Shown here piece after piece: positions 51,894 to 64,000 of a stretch of 64,000 nucleotides of DNA. The stretch covers positions 8,556,001-8,620,000 of the forward strand of contig OZ024753.1 of the NCBI GenBank assembly GCA_964016885.1, written 5' to 3'. The notes beneath the pieces are model-generated. The model worked only from the letters and a program-made list of their open reading frames with translations. It ran no database searches and was not told where the DNA came from. The translations under genes and the position numbers were made by a program. The stretch's first letter is position 1; every line of letters starts with the position of its first letter. This DNA is from Eledone cirrhosa. Its lineage: Eukaryota.

Positions 51894-54454
51894 GCATATA
51901 TATATGATTATTACTTTAAGTTGTCAGGTGATAGATGTTGCATTATCCATTGTTCTGTCAAATTTGGTTTACTGTCCAACACCGGTGTGCTTAGAGATAA
52001 CTCTGATGACCAGTTGGTGATTTACAAATCTAGAAGATACATGACAGACAAAAAAACTAAGACTGATTGGGTGTCGGTAATAATTTTGTTGTATTAGAAT
52101 TGAACCAACAGAGAAGCTATACTTCATTTATGGCAGATGCATAGCAGTTGTTAGTAATTAGAATATAAGTGAAATAAATTCCATGAAATCTTCAGCAGGC
52201 ACACGAAGTTTGGTTGATAGCTTTTACTACTTAGGTAACATAATTTACAGAGGAGGTTGGTATAGTGAAAATATAGCAGTAGCCAGTGTGAAAACGGGGG
52301 GTGGAAAATCTTCTGGAAGTTGTTGCCTCAGCTGGTATCATCATCATCATCTAGTTTAAAATCTTTAGCATTCATGTTACTCTATATTTATTATTGTATT
52401 TTCACAGTGAAGGCTTTACCTCACATAATTATCTCACATGATATCAAATCTATGATATTTTGACATTATTTATTTTGAGAACAATACGTTAACATTAGTT
52501 TGAGCAGCTGGTTATGGCTGATTTGAACAGAAAGAGGTGAGAGAATTCTGGTTGGACATGGTCAGTTTAAATTCTTGAGCATTTGATGCATGACAATGGA
52601 CATTGGAAGAAGATCCTAGAAGCAGTAGCAGTCACTTGAGTAGCCAGTCAAATAAGACAGTTGTTTGTTATGCTCACAGTATGTGGAATTGATGAAGCTT
52701 ATCATGGTCAGTTTAAATTCTTGAGCATCTCTCTAGAGTGTTCATTTGAAGGAAAGGTTTTGGTCCAGGTTTCACACTTTCAGATCATCCCTGATTATCG
52801 ATTATCTTTTCTCAGATCTTTCATGGGCACCCACCTTCCCTGTCTACCAGGGGCCACAATCTTGGTACATTGATGTATCCACCCACCACAACGATTCACA
52901 TGTTCAAACAAATGCAGTCTGGATGATCTTAAAACAGATGAAGTGCTAATATTTTTGATTTGGTAGCAAATGCTTTCTCAATGCTAAACAAAGATTGTAT
53001 GATGCTTGTTTGAACTAGTATGATACATGGTAGAATGACATGGGCTATCTATGTAGGAGATTTGTGGTAACTGGGAAGAAATGGGCTCAGCAGGCTGAGC
53101 TAAATGCATAATGTTACTGTGCTTAAACAACAAAGCACAAAATACACTGAGAAGCTGAATATAATAAGAATTTAATGTAGTGTGTAAAGGAGAAGACTCT
53201 GATGGTGCCAGCATGTGAGATATTTGGAGGATGTTACACGCATAAAAATGTGTTGAGTGCCTGGTGTATGGCTGATTGGTTAGAAAACTGGTTGTGAGTT
53301 CGATTCCTGGACCAGACGATGCATTATGTCCTTGAGCAAGACACTTTATTTCATGTTGCTCCTTCTACCTGGAGTTGTGACCGATAGATAGTATTAGCAA
53401 TTGGAAAGACCAGCAGAAACATTGTTTCCTTGGTCCGATTTGACGAAAGTCGATCGACAATGTTTTTTTTTTTTAGTGCCTGAAATGAATAGAAGACACA
53501 GGATGAAGTGGTGAAAACTAAACTCAAGGTCATTGGTGATAAGGTATTCTGGAGAGGACCTACCTACTGATGAATGCTTCACAAAACAGTTGTTAAAATA
53601 AAGGTGATGGGAACAGAGGCTGAAATTTATATCGTGACTCCTCTTACCAGTTATATTCCTGTTAACTCTCCATCTACTACACTATTTCGGTTTGGTTGCC
53701 CTACATCTATTAGTGCCTGTTCCATTCACTGTTCTACACTGACTTAGTTACGAGGGAGCTCATTTGATCCGTCTTTACTCAATCCCTCTATCATTGTCCA
53801 TTATTATTAGTATTGCAAACCTGCATTGGATTGGCAGTATCGGTAGATGGTCGGACACCATGCATTGCAGCATAGAGTTACAGCCCTTTATGATCGGACA
53901 CCATGCTTTGCAGCATAACTTTACGGCCCTTTATGATCTAAGTTCAAATCCCGCCAAGGTTAACTTTGCCTTTCATCTTTACGGGGGTCGATAAAATAAA
54001 GTACCAGTAATACACTGGGATAATTGCTGGCCTTGTGCCAAAAGTAGAAACAATTATTAATATTGCAACCGTTATTTTAATCATGATCGATATCTAATCA
54101 AGAGCAATGGGTTGGCAGCATATGTAGTTCATGGGACATGCTTTGTGGCACAGAGTTATGCTGTATCTAGTTACAACTTACTACTTTCTGAGTTCAAATC
54201 CAGCTGAGGTTCACTTTGCCTTTCATCCTTACAGGGTCAATAAAATAAAGAACCAGTAATGAACTGGGGTCAATTAATCGACGTCCCCCTCCCCCAAACA
54301 ATTGTTGGCCCTGTGCCTAAATCTGAAACCATTATCATTACCACTCTACCTCTCTTTTATCATTAAAACTTTACTGCTACATCTGTCATGATGTTAATTG
54401 TATAATGTAGGTTGACATTTAAACATATATATATATATATAAACATATATATAT

Positions 54455-55545
54455 CATCATCATCATCATCATCATCAGCGTTTAACGTCCGTGTTCCACG
54501 CTTGCATGGGTTTGGACGGGGGTAGTCCCACTTGAGGCAAGAGTGATTGTCTTGCTCGCATAGGACTGTCTGGCAGGTTTTCTACAGTTGGATGCCCTTC
54601 CTAACACCAACCACATTTACAGTGTGGGTCTGGGAGGTTTTTACCGTGTTGCCTACACGGCCACATTACAGCGTGGACTGTGTGTTTTTTTGTCGTGACA
54701 CCTACACGATCTCATTTGTTTCGGCCTCGATGGCGCGGCACCAACATAACTTTACATAGAACGGGGGGGTGTGGATCGGGTGGGGGTGGTGGGACGGGGT
54801 GTATTTGTTAGAGATGCCTACTGGCTGGAGTAGGTTTTACTATATATTTAGGTAAGGCGGGTCTTCTCTGTTACTGAGTACCGCCAAAGGTCTCGGTCCA
54901 GTGACATTGTCTTGGAGAGGTGTAAGTGTGTGATGTCGGAGTTTATCAGCTCGTCCCAGGTTTTTCTAGGTCTGCCTATTCCGTGACTACCGTCTATCTT
55001 TATTGCCCTGCACTTTGTTATACAGCTATCGACTTTCATGCGCATCACGTGTCCATACCAACGTAGCCTTCTCTCGAGTAAACAACATCTGATCCCTCTT
55101 ATCTCTAATTTATTCCTTAGTTCGTTTATGCTTTGCCGTTCACGTATATTACTGTTACACATCCAGCGGAGCATGCAAGCTTCGTTCCTCTCTAGTCTGC
55201 GTATATCCTCTGCACACAATGCCCAGGTCTCACTGCCATGCAGCATTGCTGTTCGTATGCAGGCATCGTACAACCTGCCTTTCATTTTTAGTGAGAACCC
55301 TTTAGCAGCTAATAGTGGTATAAGCTCTCTGAACTTTTTCCAACCAGTTCTGACTCTAGCTACAGTACTTTCAGAGCACCCTCCCCCACTGCTGATTTTA
55401 TCGCCCAGGTAACGGAAGCTGTCCACTATTTCTATAGAACCCTCTGCGCAATTGAAAGAGCTAGTAGTTTGTGGGCACTTGCTGCTACTTATTGCACCAG
55501 AGCACCGGCCACATGTAAAATCTATGTTCTTAGTTAGCCTACCTG
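54455..55545 (-). mobile_element. 5'-truncated RTE LINE (ORF C-terminus plus ~390-bp 3' UTR)
   Basis: [12 protein letters not shown]...[17 protein letters not shown]...[12 protein letters not shown]...GRPRKTW; UTR ends in (GAT)n. Confidence 0.92.
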
Positions 55546-55561
55546 TATATATATATATATA

Positions 55562-55626
<65 letters not shown>

Positions 55627-55732
55627 ATATATATATATATATATATATATAAACATATATATATATAAACATATATATATATATAAACATATATAAACAT
55701 ATATATATATATATATATAAACATATATATAA

Positions 55733-55765
<33 letters not shown>

Positions 55766-55766
<1 letters not shown>

Positions 55767-55930
55767 CCAACTGTCCTTATTCTAGATACTATGGCCTTGG
55801 AACACCCTCCTCCCATGCTAATCTGATCTCCTAGGTACCGGAAGCTATCCACCACTTCTATAGCGCCCTCCTGCATTTGAAAAATGTGTCTATCAATGCG
55901 ACTTCTACTGTCTAATTTCCCTGTACATCT
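55766..55930 (-). mobile_element. Fragment of a second RTE subfamily
   Basis: [30 protein letters not shown] repeats the homologous segment of the adjacent element; the two are separated by (TA)n. Confidence 0.8.
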
Positions 55931-55969
55931 ACTGCATACATATATATTTCTCCCTACCTGCTAGTTTGC

Positions 55970-56008
<39 letters not shown>

Positions 56009-56060
56009 ATATATATATAAACATATATATATAAACATATATATATATATATATATATAA

Positions 56061-56120
<60 letters not shown>

Positions 56121-56137
56121 ACATATATATATATATA

Positions 56138-56182
<45 letters not shown>

Positions 56183-56394
56183 ATATATATATATATAAAC
56201 ATATAAGCAAAAAAGTGTTGGTAAAATCCAGTACTTCAGTATGCAGATAGGGAGCACTTAATGACGATATAGATTCCGGAGTTATAATAGTGACGAAACA
56301 TAAGTATGAACTCATATTTGTATGAGCTCATAATCCTTGACTCTAAAACCATCAACACCAAAAAACCAGAGCTAGTATATCTAAGAACTTACTA

Positions 56395-56450
56395 ACTGCC
56401 TGATGAGGTCACAGCCATACAATGGCTATCATCGAAATATATATAGCGGT
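56395..56450 (+). ncRNA. Minimal type I hammerhead ribozyme (same family as 12-66)
   Basis: ACTGC-CTGATGA-GGTCACAGCCAT(ACA)ATGGCTATCATC-GAAA-T-ATAT-ATA-GCGGT-A-AATAAA. Lies between inverted arms at about 56285-56335 and 56459-56500. Confidence 0.85.
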
Positions 56451-56529
56451 AAATAAAAGATTATGAGTTCATACAATTGACTTACATTTCGTCACTATAT
56501 AAACATATATATATAAACATATATATATA

Positions 56530-56738
56530 TCATCATCATCATCATCATCATCATCATTTTACGTCTGCTTTTCCCTGCTTGCAAGGGTGAGCCAGGTCTT
56601 ATTCAGCACATCATCTCTCCACTTGTCACAGTCCTTCGTCATCTCCACCGTGAGCTTCAGCAATCTGAGGTCTGTTCTCACCACCTCCGCCCATGTTTTT
56701 CGTGGTCTACCTCTACCACGTCTTCCTTCAACTGGCAT
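56530..56738 (-). mobile_element. RTE 3' end (same family as 37836-39545, without the array)
   Basis: [41 protein letters not shown]. Confidence 0.88.
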
Positions 56739-56774
56739 ACATATATATAAACATATATACATATATATATATAT

Positions 56775-56839
<65 letters not shown>

Positions 56840-56844
56840 TATAT

Positions 56845-56883
<39 letters not shown>

Positions 56884-56892
56884 TATATATAT

Positions 56893-56941
<49 letters not shown>

Positions 56942-59464
56942 CATACATACCTATATATACCCAAATAGTTAGATAGACATGAACTTTTATATAGATATAT
57001 AGTCTCATGTGTATATGTTCTTTTAAAAATCACACATTTCTGTGTATCTTTATGCATATATACATTTATATATACTGAAACCTGAACCAGTTAATACCTG
57101 TAGGAGTAATTTTGTCATAGAGGTGTGTAGTTCTAATGAGGAATAATTGGATGTGAGGTATTGTATTGTCATTTCAAGAGAACCATGCTCATATCTTTTA
57201 GTAACAGGATATTTCTGTCCCTTCACAGGACAACTACTTTACATTGAATTAATTTATCTAATTAGAGAATAAAGAGCAAACCTTTTTTAGAAATGTTTCT
57301 TGAAATAGACTGATACCCTCTCTCTTGTGAAATCTTTCCTTGTCAATGCAAATTTCACAAAACTAAAGTGAAGTAGCATTCCTATCAAGTCGTCTTTCAT
57401 GAGAAAATAATTAATCCATTAAAATAGCATCTTGGTTAATAACTTAACTAATGAAGTGGCTTATATTCTCTATGGACCTTCTTTAATTATGTCCTATAAA
57501 TACATTTGTTTAATATACTTTATTACTGTTATTGTCACTATTAACCAAATTTATATTTTACTTAACATCTCTTCTGCTCTGTTTTAAGCAATCCTGATAA
57601 TCTCCCTTGATATTCGTTTTGTTTATTTTTTTTTTAGGATACATCTTTATTGTTGAATTTCATGAGAGGTCTTCTATGCCTCATTAGTGATCCTATATCA
57701 ACTCTATTTCTTCTAAGTAGTGTTAATATCTTTATTCAACTATCATAATAGATCTTTCTAGAGAATGTCTTACTGAAAACAAAAAATCTGGAAAAGACAC
57801 TTATATAGTTTCTCACACAAAAAGGAAGCTGATGACTAATATTTATGACAGTTGAATCAACTTGAAATTTATTGCAAGTCTGAATTAGAGTGTTCTTTAT
57901 CAAGATATTATAAATAATGCCTGGCTTGAGATAATGTTAAAATAAAGCAAAAGAAAAACAGAATTAAAAATAGGGAAAAAACAAAATGTCTCAAATAAGG
58001 CGTTAACATGGAAACTGTTTACAGAGAAGACTTCAGGAATTATATTTGTATTAGTCCTCCTCATCATCATCATCATCATCACTGTTTTACGTCCGTTCTT
58101 CCACGCTAGTATGGGTTATACGGGTTGTCCTGTTGTGGGCAGTGCCCAGTAGGCTGACCTTGTCTTGCTCATATGGGAACTGATTCTGGCTAGATTTCTA
58201 CAGCTGGATGCCCTTCCTAACACCAACCTTATTTACAGTGAATGTTGGGTGCTTTTTTGCTGTGGTGCCTACACAACCACTTTACAGTTGGAGGGGGTGG
58301 GGGCATATTGTCTATATGCTTCAGATTTGGCTTGTACCTGTGGGAAGTCAGGTCTTCTGTATTACTGCGTGACGCCAGAGGTCATGGTCATGGCCGAGTG
58401 CTTCGAGAACTGGATTCACAGGCGATGTGTTATGTCCTTGAGCAAGACACTTTATTTCACGTTGCTCCAGTTTACTGAGCTTTAGAAATGAGTTGCGACG
58501 TCACTTGTGTCAAACTTGTGTGGTTCCTTCCTAGGATGGGCTGCCATCCTACAGTTACCTAAACTTATGTAGTTCCTTCCTAGGAAGGGCTGCTATCCGA
58601 GGTTTAGTTTAGTGTGTGTTTCTAAGTACAGGAAGGAAATTGAAGTAAAATAAAGTACCATTAATACACTGGGGGATAATTGCTGGCCTTGTCCAAAAAA
58701 CAAACAATTATTTTGTGAGCTCAAATATATTTTGGATGAAAAGTACACTTTACCGAAATATCAAAAACAGGTTCCAAATCATCTTGGAATTTCAGCAGCA
58801 ATATTCTGACATTTATCTAAATGAAGGTTTACCATTTATCTACTTAATATCTGAAGCTTACCCTTTAGCATTTAAACCAGCTGTATCTGACCAGAATTCT
58901 CTCACATCTTTCTGTTCAAACCGGCCATAACTGGCCTCTCATTCTCATCTTAAGGTATTGTTCTCAAAATAAATAATATCAAAATCTCATAGATTTGATA
59001 TTATGTGAGATAAAGCCTTTACCACAAAAATATAATAGTATATATAGAGTAATGTAAATGTTTGAGATATTATGTGAGGTAAAGCCTTTACCATGAAAAT
59101 ACAATAGTATATATAGAGTAATATAAATGCTAAAGGGTTAAACATAGCACTACTTCTCATATCTTATCATATCAGCATCTGTAATCATAACACAATGATA
59201 AGAGACTGCAATAATCAGAATTTACAAAGCTTTAGACTACTAGATTAATGATGAATGACAATGGTGAATGGCTAATATTGTTTCTTTTACAAGTATATAT
59301 CTTTAAAATCAAGGCATGAGATAACTATATAATTTGTTTGCTGCAGAATAGGGAGAGTAAAGATTGTACAAAATTTTAATGAAATAGGATAACATCAACA
59401 TTATTAGCTGGAGGAAAATATTTGAACTGATAGAGTCGTCTGATATTATTAGATGATGATAAGG

Positions 59465-59755
59465 AGGTAGATTGGCTGTATCGGTAGAGGGTCGGACGCC
59501 ATGCTTTGATGCATAGAGTTACGGCTCTTTATGGTCTAAGTTCAAATCCCACCTTACAGGGTCAGTAAAGTAAAGTACCAGTAATGTACTGGGTAATTGC
59601 TGGCCTTGTGCCTAAAGTAGAAACAATTATTATTATTATTATTATTATTATTATCCAGCCGAGGTTAACTTTGCCTTTCATCCTTACGGGGTCGATAAAA
59701 TAAAGTACCAGTAATGTACTGGGTAATTGCTGGCCTTGTGCCTAAAGTAGAAACA

Positions 59756-59790
<35 letters not shown>

Positions 59791-59891
59791 CCAGCCGAGG
59801 TTAACTTTGCCTTTCATCCTTACGGGGTCGATAAAATAAAGTACCAGTAATGTACTGGGTAATTGCTGGCCTTGTGCCTAAAGTAGAAACA

Positions 59892-59923
<32 letters not shown>

Positions 59924-60024
59924 CCAGCCGAGGTTAACTTTGCCTTTCATCCTTACGGGGTCGATAAAATAAAGTACCAGTAATGTACTGGGTAATTGCT
60001 GGCCTTGTGCCTAAAGTAGAAACA

Positions 60025-60059
<35 letters not shown>

Positions 60060-60160
60060 CCAGCCGAGGTTAACTTTGCCTTTCATCCTTACGGGGTCGA
60101 TAAAATAAAGTACCAGTAATGTACTGGGTAATTGCTGGCCTTGTGCCTAAAGTAGAAACA

Positions 60161-60195
<35 letters not shown>

Positions 60196-60556
60196 CCAGC
60201 CGAGGTTAACTTTGCCTTTCATCCTTACGGGGTCGATAAAATAAAGTACCAGTAATGTACTGGGTAATTGCTGGCCTTGTGCCTAAAGTAGAAACAATTA
60301 TTATTATTATTATTATTATTATCCAGCCGAGGTTAACTTTGCCTTTCATCCTTACGGGGTCGATAAAATAAAGTACCAGTAATGTACTGGGTAATTGCTG
60401 GCCTTGTGCCTAAAGTAGAAACAATTATTATTATTATTATTATTATTATCATTATCCAGCCGAGGTTAACTTTGCCTTTCATCCTTACGGGGTCGATAAA
60501 ATAAAGTACCAGTAATGTACTGGTTAATTGCTGGCCTTGTGCCTAAAGTAGAAACA

Positions 60557-60588
<32 letters not shown>

Positions 60589-60838
60589 CCAGCCGAGGTT
60601 AACTTTGCCTTTCATCCTTACGGGGTCGATAAAATAAAGTACCAGTAATGTACTGGGTAATTGCTGGCCTTGTGCCTAAAGTAGAAACAATTATTATTAT
60701 TATTATTATTATTATCATTATCCAGCCGAGGTTAACTTTGCCTTTCATCCTTACGGGGTCGATAAAATGAAGTACCAGTAATACACTGGGCAATTGCTGG
60801 CCTCGTGCCAAAAGTAGAAACAATTATTATTATTATTA
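59465..60838 (+). repeat. Tandem array of the SINE B 3' half: 9 units, period 127-136 bp
   Basis: Units begin ccagccgaggttaac at 59655, 59791, 59924, 60060, 60196, 60323, 60456, 60589 and 60722. Length variation is only in the (ATT)n. Confidence 0.95.
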
Positions 60839-61282
60839 TCATGGTAGAAAAGTAAAGCTCACTTCAAACAAGAGAGAAGAATCTTTTGTGAGTAATAAGG
60901 AGATGTTTAAGACGTTAGTTTATGTTGACAGGAATGTCACGGATGATGCTGACTCAATAGAATGTTGTTCTGGGATAGTATTCCACGCTGAGAGACAATT
61001 ATTGTCATTCTATGTTAACCAAATCTTTAACACAATAGTAACACTTGTAATGGCATTAGCAAGCTGTGTATTTCCTTAATGGTAGAAATTATTCTCATCT
61101 TTCTCATAGAGTGATGAATCAGCACAAACTATCTCTCGCTCTGTAACACAGGAGCATCATTTTTTAAAGGATATATTATCCAAAGCATCATTTCTTCAAA
61201 TGAGAATTTAGTTAAAAGTATGACTGTGTATGTGTATGTGTGTGTGTGTGTCTGTGTATGTATATGTATATATATGTGTATG

Positions 61283-61363
<81 letters not shown>

Positions 61364-62222
61364 ATATATTTATATGTGTATATGTATATATATGTATATA
61401 TATATGTGTGTATATATATACATGTGAGTGTATATATATATATATATATGTGTATATATGTGTGTATATATATACATGTGAGTGTGTATATATATATACA
61501 TGTGAGTGTATATATATATATACATATATATATATATGTATATATATGTATATATATATATACACATATATATGTGTATATATATGTATATATATACACA
61601 TATATATGTGTATATATATATATACACATATATATGTGCATATATATGTATATATATATACATATATATACATATATATATATGTGTATATATATGTGTA
61701 TATATATATATACACATATGTATATATATATATATTTATATATGTATATATGTATGTATATATATATGTATGTGCGTGTGCATGTATATATATTATATAT
61801 ACATATATAAGTACAAATTTTAGTATCAGCCTTACCCACATATATTCAAATTTAACTATGTTATGTATATGTATCCACTAATATTTTATGTAGTCATTTT
61901 AAATGCTTATATATATATATATATATAGTAATAATAATAAATTTGAAGACTAAAATCCAAAGAGCGCTCGATAAGGATAAATATATATCAAATATATAAG
62001 AACCCTAGAGCAAATATTTATTAAAAGCAGCGATTCTTTGCTTAAACTTTAATCTGTTATTTTAATATATACATATATATATAAGTATTAAATTGTTAAA
62101 CAATATTCAATGATTATGTCAAAGAATGATTTTTACAGTTGATTGGACGCACTCAACGGTAAAAATAATTTTCAGGAGTTATTAATATAAGTATTAATAA
62201 AATAGATGTTCTTTTGATCACT

Positions 62223-62281
62223 TACATTTTATTATACATATTTCGGATGTACAACAGTACGTCCTCATCAGACAAAATATA
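62223..62281 (-). ncRNA. Minimal type I hammerhead ribozyme (left arm of palindrome)
   Basis: Minus strand reads TATATTTTGT-CTGATGA-GGACGTAC(TGTT)GTACATCC-GAAA-T-ATGT-ATA-ATAAAATGTA. 10-bp stem I with G-U pairs. Confidence 0.85.
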
Positions 62282-62364
62282 ATGATACATGACATACTCT
62301 GAGATGTTAAATGGTTAAGATTTAATCTTAACCATTTAACATCTCAGGGTATGTCATGTATCAT

Positions 62365-62423
62365 TATATTTTCTCTGATGAGGACGTACTGTTGTACATC
62401 CGAAATATGTATAATAAAATGTA
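62365..62423 (+). ncRNA. Minimal type I hammerhead ribozyme (right arm of palindrome)
   Basis: TATATTTTCT-CTGATGA-GGACGTAC(TGTT)GTACATCC-GAAA-T-ATGT-ATA-ATAAAATGTA. One stem I mismatch. Confidence 0.8.
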
Positions 62424-62639
62424 AGTGATCAAAAGAACATCTATTTTATTAATGAAACTAGCTAGCTCGTTAAAGGTGTAGACACAATAGAGGTAACGAG
62501 AGTAATTATTGATACAAAGACAGGTAAGTGTTATTAATACTTATATATATATATATAATTACATTTTATTATACATATTTCGGATGTACAACAGTATATA
62601 TATATAAGTATTAATAAAATAGATGTTCTTTTGATCAAT

Positions 62640-62698
62640 TACATTTTATTATACCTATTTCGGATGTACAACAGTACGTCCTCATCAGACAAAATATA
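62640..62698 (-). ncRNA. Third copy of the 62.2-kb hammerhead
   Basis: Direct repeat of 62223-62281 with the stem III loop reading AGGT. A partial fourth copy lies at about 62559-62596. Confidence 0.75.
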
Positions 62699-63088
62699 AT
62701 GATACATGATATATATAATGATACAAGGTATAATTCTCATTAATTATTCACTGTATTTGAAATATTTTAACCATTAAATACATAGTTACATTCTAAAGGA
62801 TCTTTAGATTCTAGATTCTCTCTCATTCTATCCTATCACTAATCCTTAAAGCAACATAGCAGAAATAAAGATAGAAAAACGAAAAAAGACATGTAGAAGA
62901 AACCTCAGGCATTTCATTTTTTTTCTCTCTGAAGCTAATTATCTAAAGACATTCTTCATTTTACTGGATGTTTCTCCAAATATTCAGGAACGTATTCAAT
63001 TTGCTGGTCCACTTAGGCTTCAGAACCAGTTCCCCTGCCCCTGTCCCCCAAAAAATATTCACCAGTTAAGTATATTTGTTGTTTGCAG

Positions 63089-63382
63089 ATATAACTCTTA
63101 CAGGCACAGCCTATGTTCAGAACACAGAGCCTATCCACCTGATCTGTAATGCTACCAACAGTGTACAGTCTCCTCGGGATATCACATGGTACAAGGACGG
63201 AGAAATCATTACTAGGGGTGTCTTACGAAGGGTTGTAATAACTCGACGTCAAGTCTCTCCAAGAACTCTTATCAGTGAGCTAAAAATAGCGCGGAGTAAC
63301 ACTGGAGATGACGGCATCTATGTGTGCCGAACATCTGACCTGGAAGTCACTCGATTTAAAGTGAATGTTTTAAATACGTATG
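63089..63382 (+). CDS. Internal coding exon encoding one Ig domain (Dpr/ZIG-8/IgLON-like neuronal cell-surface protein, probably the second Ig domain)
   Basis: Translation DITLTGTAYVQNTEPIHLICNAT...PRDITWYKDG...SELKIARSNTGDDGIYVCRTSDLEVTRFKVNVLN has the Ig hallmarks (C, W, L-x-I, D-x-G-x-Y-x-C). Acceptor tttgttgtttgcag|AT is phase 1; donor TATG|gttagt is phase 1. An alternative donor AC|gtatgg lies at 63377. Confidence 0.9.
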
Positions 63383-64000
63383 GTTAGTAATTTAGACTCC
63401 CTCTATTTGAATGCATTGCACATGTTATTGTTATCAAACTTCTCTCTATATATATCTATCTATCTATCTATCTATCTTTCTGTCTCTCTTTCCCTCACAT
63501 AAAGACTTGCTCACAATAAAAAGACTTCTGCATGGAATATTGTCGTAGTGGAATGCTTTAAAACCATTTTTTGTCATTGGTTTGTTAAACTATATATTCT
63601 CAACTGTTTGTGCTATTTTGACTGTATTTAAGATTATAAAAATATTGTATTTTCTTTATTCTTGTTACAATTTAAGGAATGAACAAAACTGCTTTTAAAT
63701 TTCAAAGGTGTCCTCCTATGAGTTGAAATCAATGTTGTTCTTTGTTTTCTGTTGATTTTTTTTTTTTACTTTTATAATTTTTTTTTCATTAAAGTAAATG
63801 TTTACTGCAATGCATCTATTTAGGGAGAAATATTTATGCTATTTATTTATTTAACATTCCAAAGGAACAATTATTTAGTGAAGCTGTATACATATTTCCT
63901 TACAGCAATCTCCTATGATATGACTTCCCTAAATTATCCAAGCATCACACTGCTACAGATATGTTTTAAATCATCTGACAAATCAACTGACAGAAATAAC

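Larger units (their letters stand above)
62193..62453. repeat. Near-perfect 261-bp palindrome carrying two divergent hammerheads
   Basis: 129-bp arms around a TTA loop centred at 62323; I see about two mismatches. Confidence 0.95.

Noticed and set aside
53567-53600. CTGATGA motif (also 25562, 52003, 57829; CCGAAGA at 18797)
   Set aside because: No properly placed GAAA with pairing stems I-III.
54848-55876. Single 342-aa RTE ORF
   Set aside because: Chance in-frame read-through of two different RTE fragments across a (TA)n tract; lacks RT and endonuclease domains.
59655-60838. CRISPR-like repeat/spacer appearance
   Set aside because: Repeats are ~100-bp SINE tails and the spacers are just (ATT)n. 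Eukaryotic context, no cas genes.

Overview
AT-rich, microsatellite-laden animal genomic DNA. The SINE and RTE repertoire looks like an octopus/coleoid cephalopod, which is an inference. Almost the whole window appears to be intron of a + strand immunoglobulin-superfamily gene. One clear phase-1/phase-1 Ig exon lies at 63089-63382 (Dpr/ZIG-8-like second Ig domain), and a candidate 24-nt phase-1 linker microexon lies at 39877-39900. The rest is tRNA-derived SINEs, truncated RTE, CR1, Tx1 and restriction-like-endonuclease (RLE) LINEs, piggyBac-, hAT- and mariner-type MITEs, and TE-derived minisatellites. The main hidden signal is at least nine near-canonical minimal type I hammerhead ribozyme motifs, plus several degenerate or variant ones, which I folded by eye. 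They share a short stem III with an ATAT/ATGT-type loop, a C-C (or C-A) mismatch at stem II pair 4 and often a downstream AATAAA. Most sit in short fold-back (palindromic) elements embedded in (TA)n tracts, consistent with non-autonomous Penelope-like or retrozyme elements. Several other palindromes fold back at what looks like hammerhead stem II. Most long ORFs in the supplied track are microsatellite artefacts. No databases were searched, and family names come from recognising motifs.
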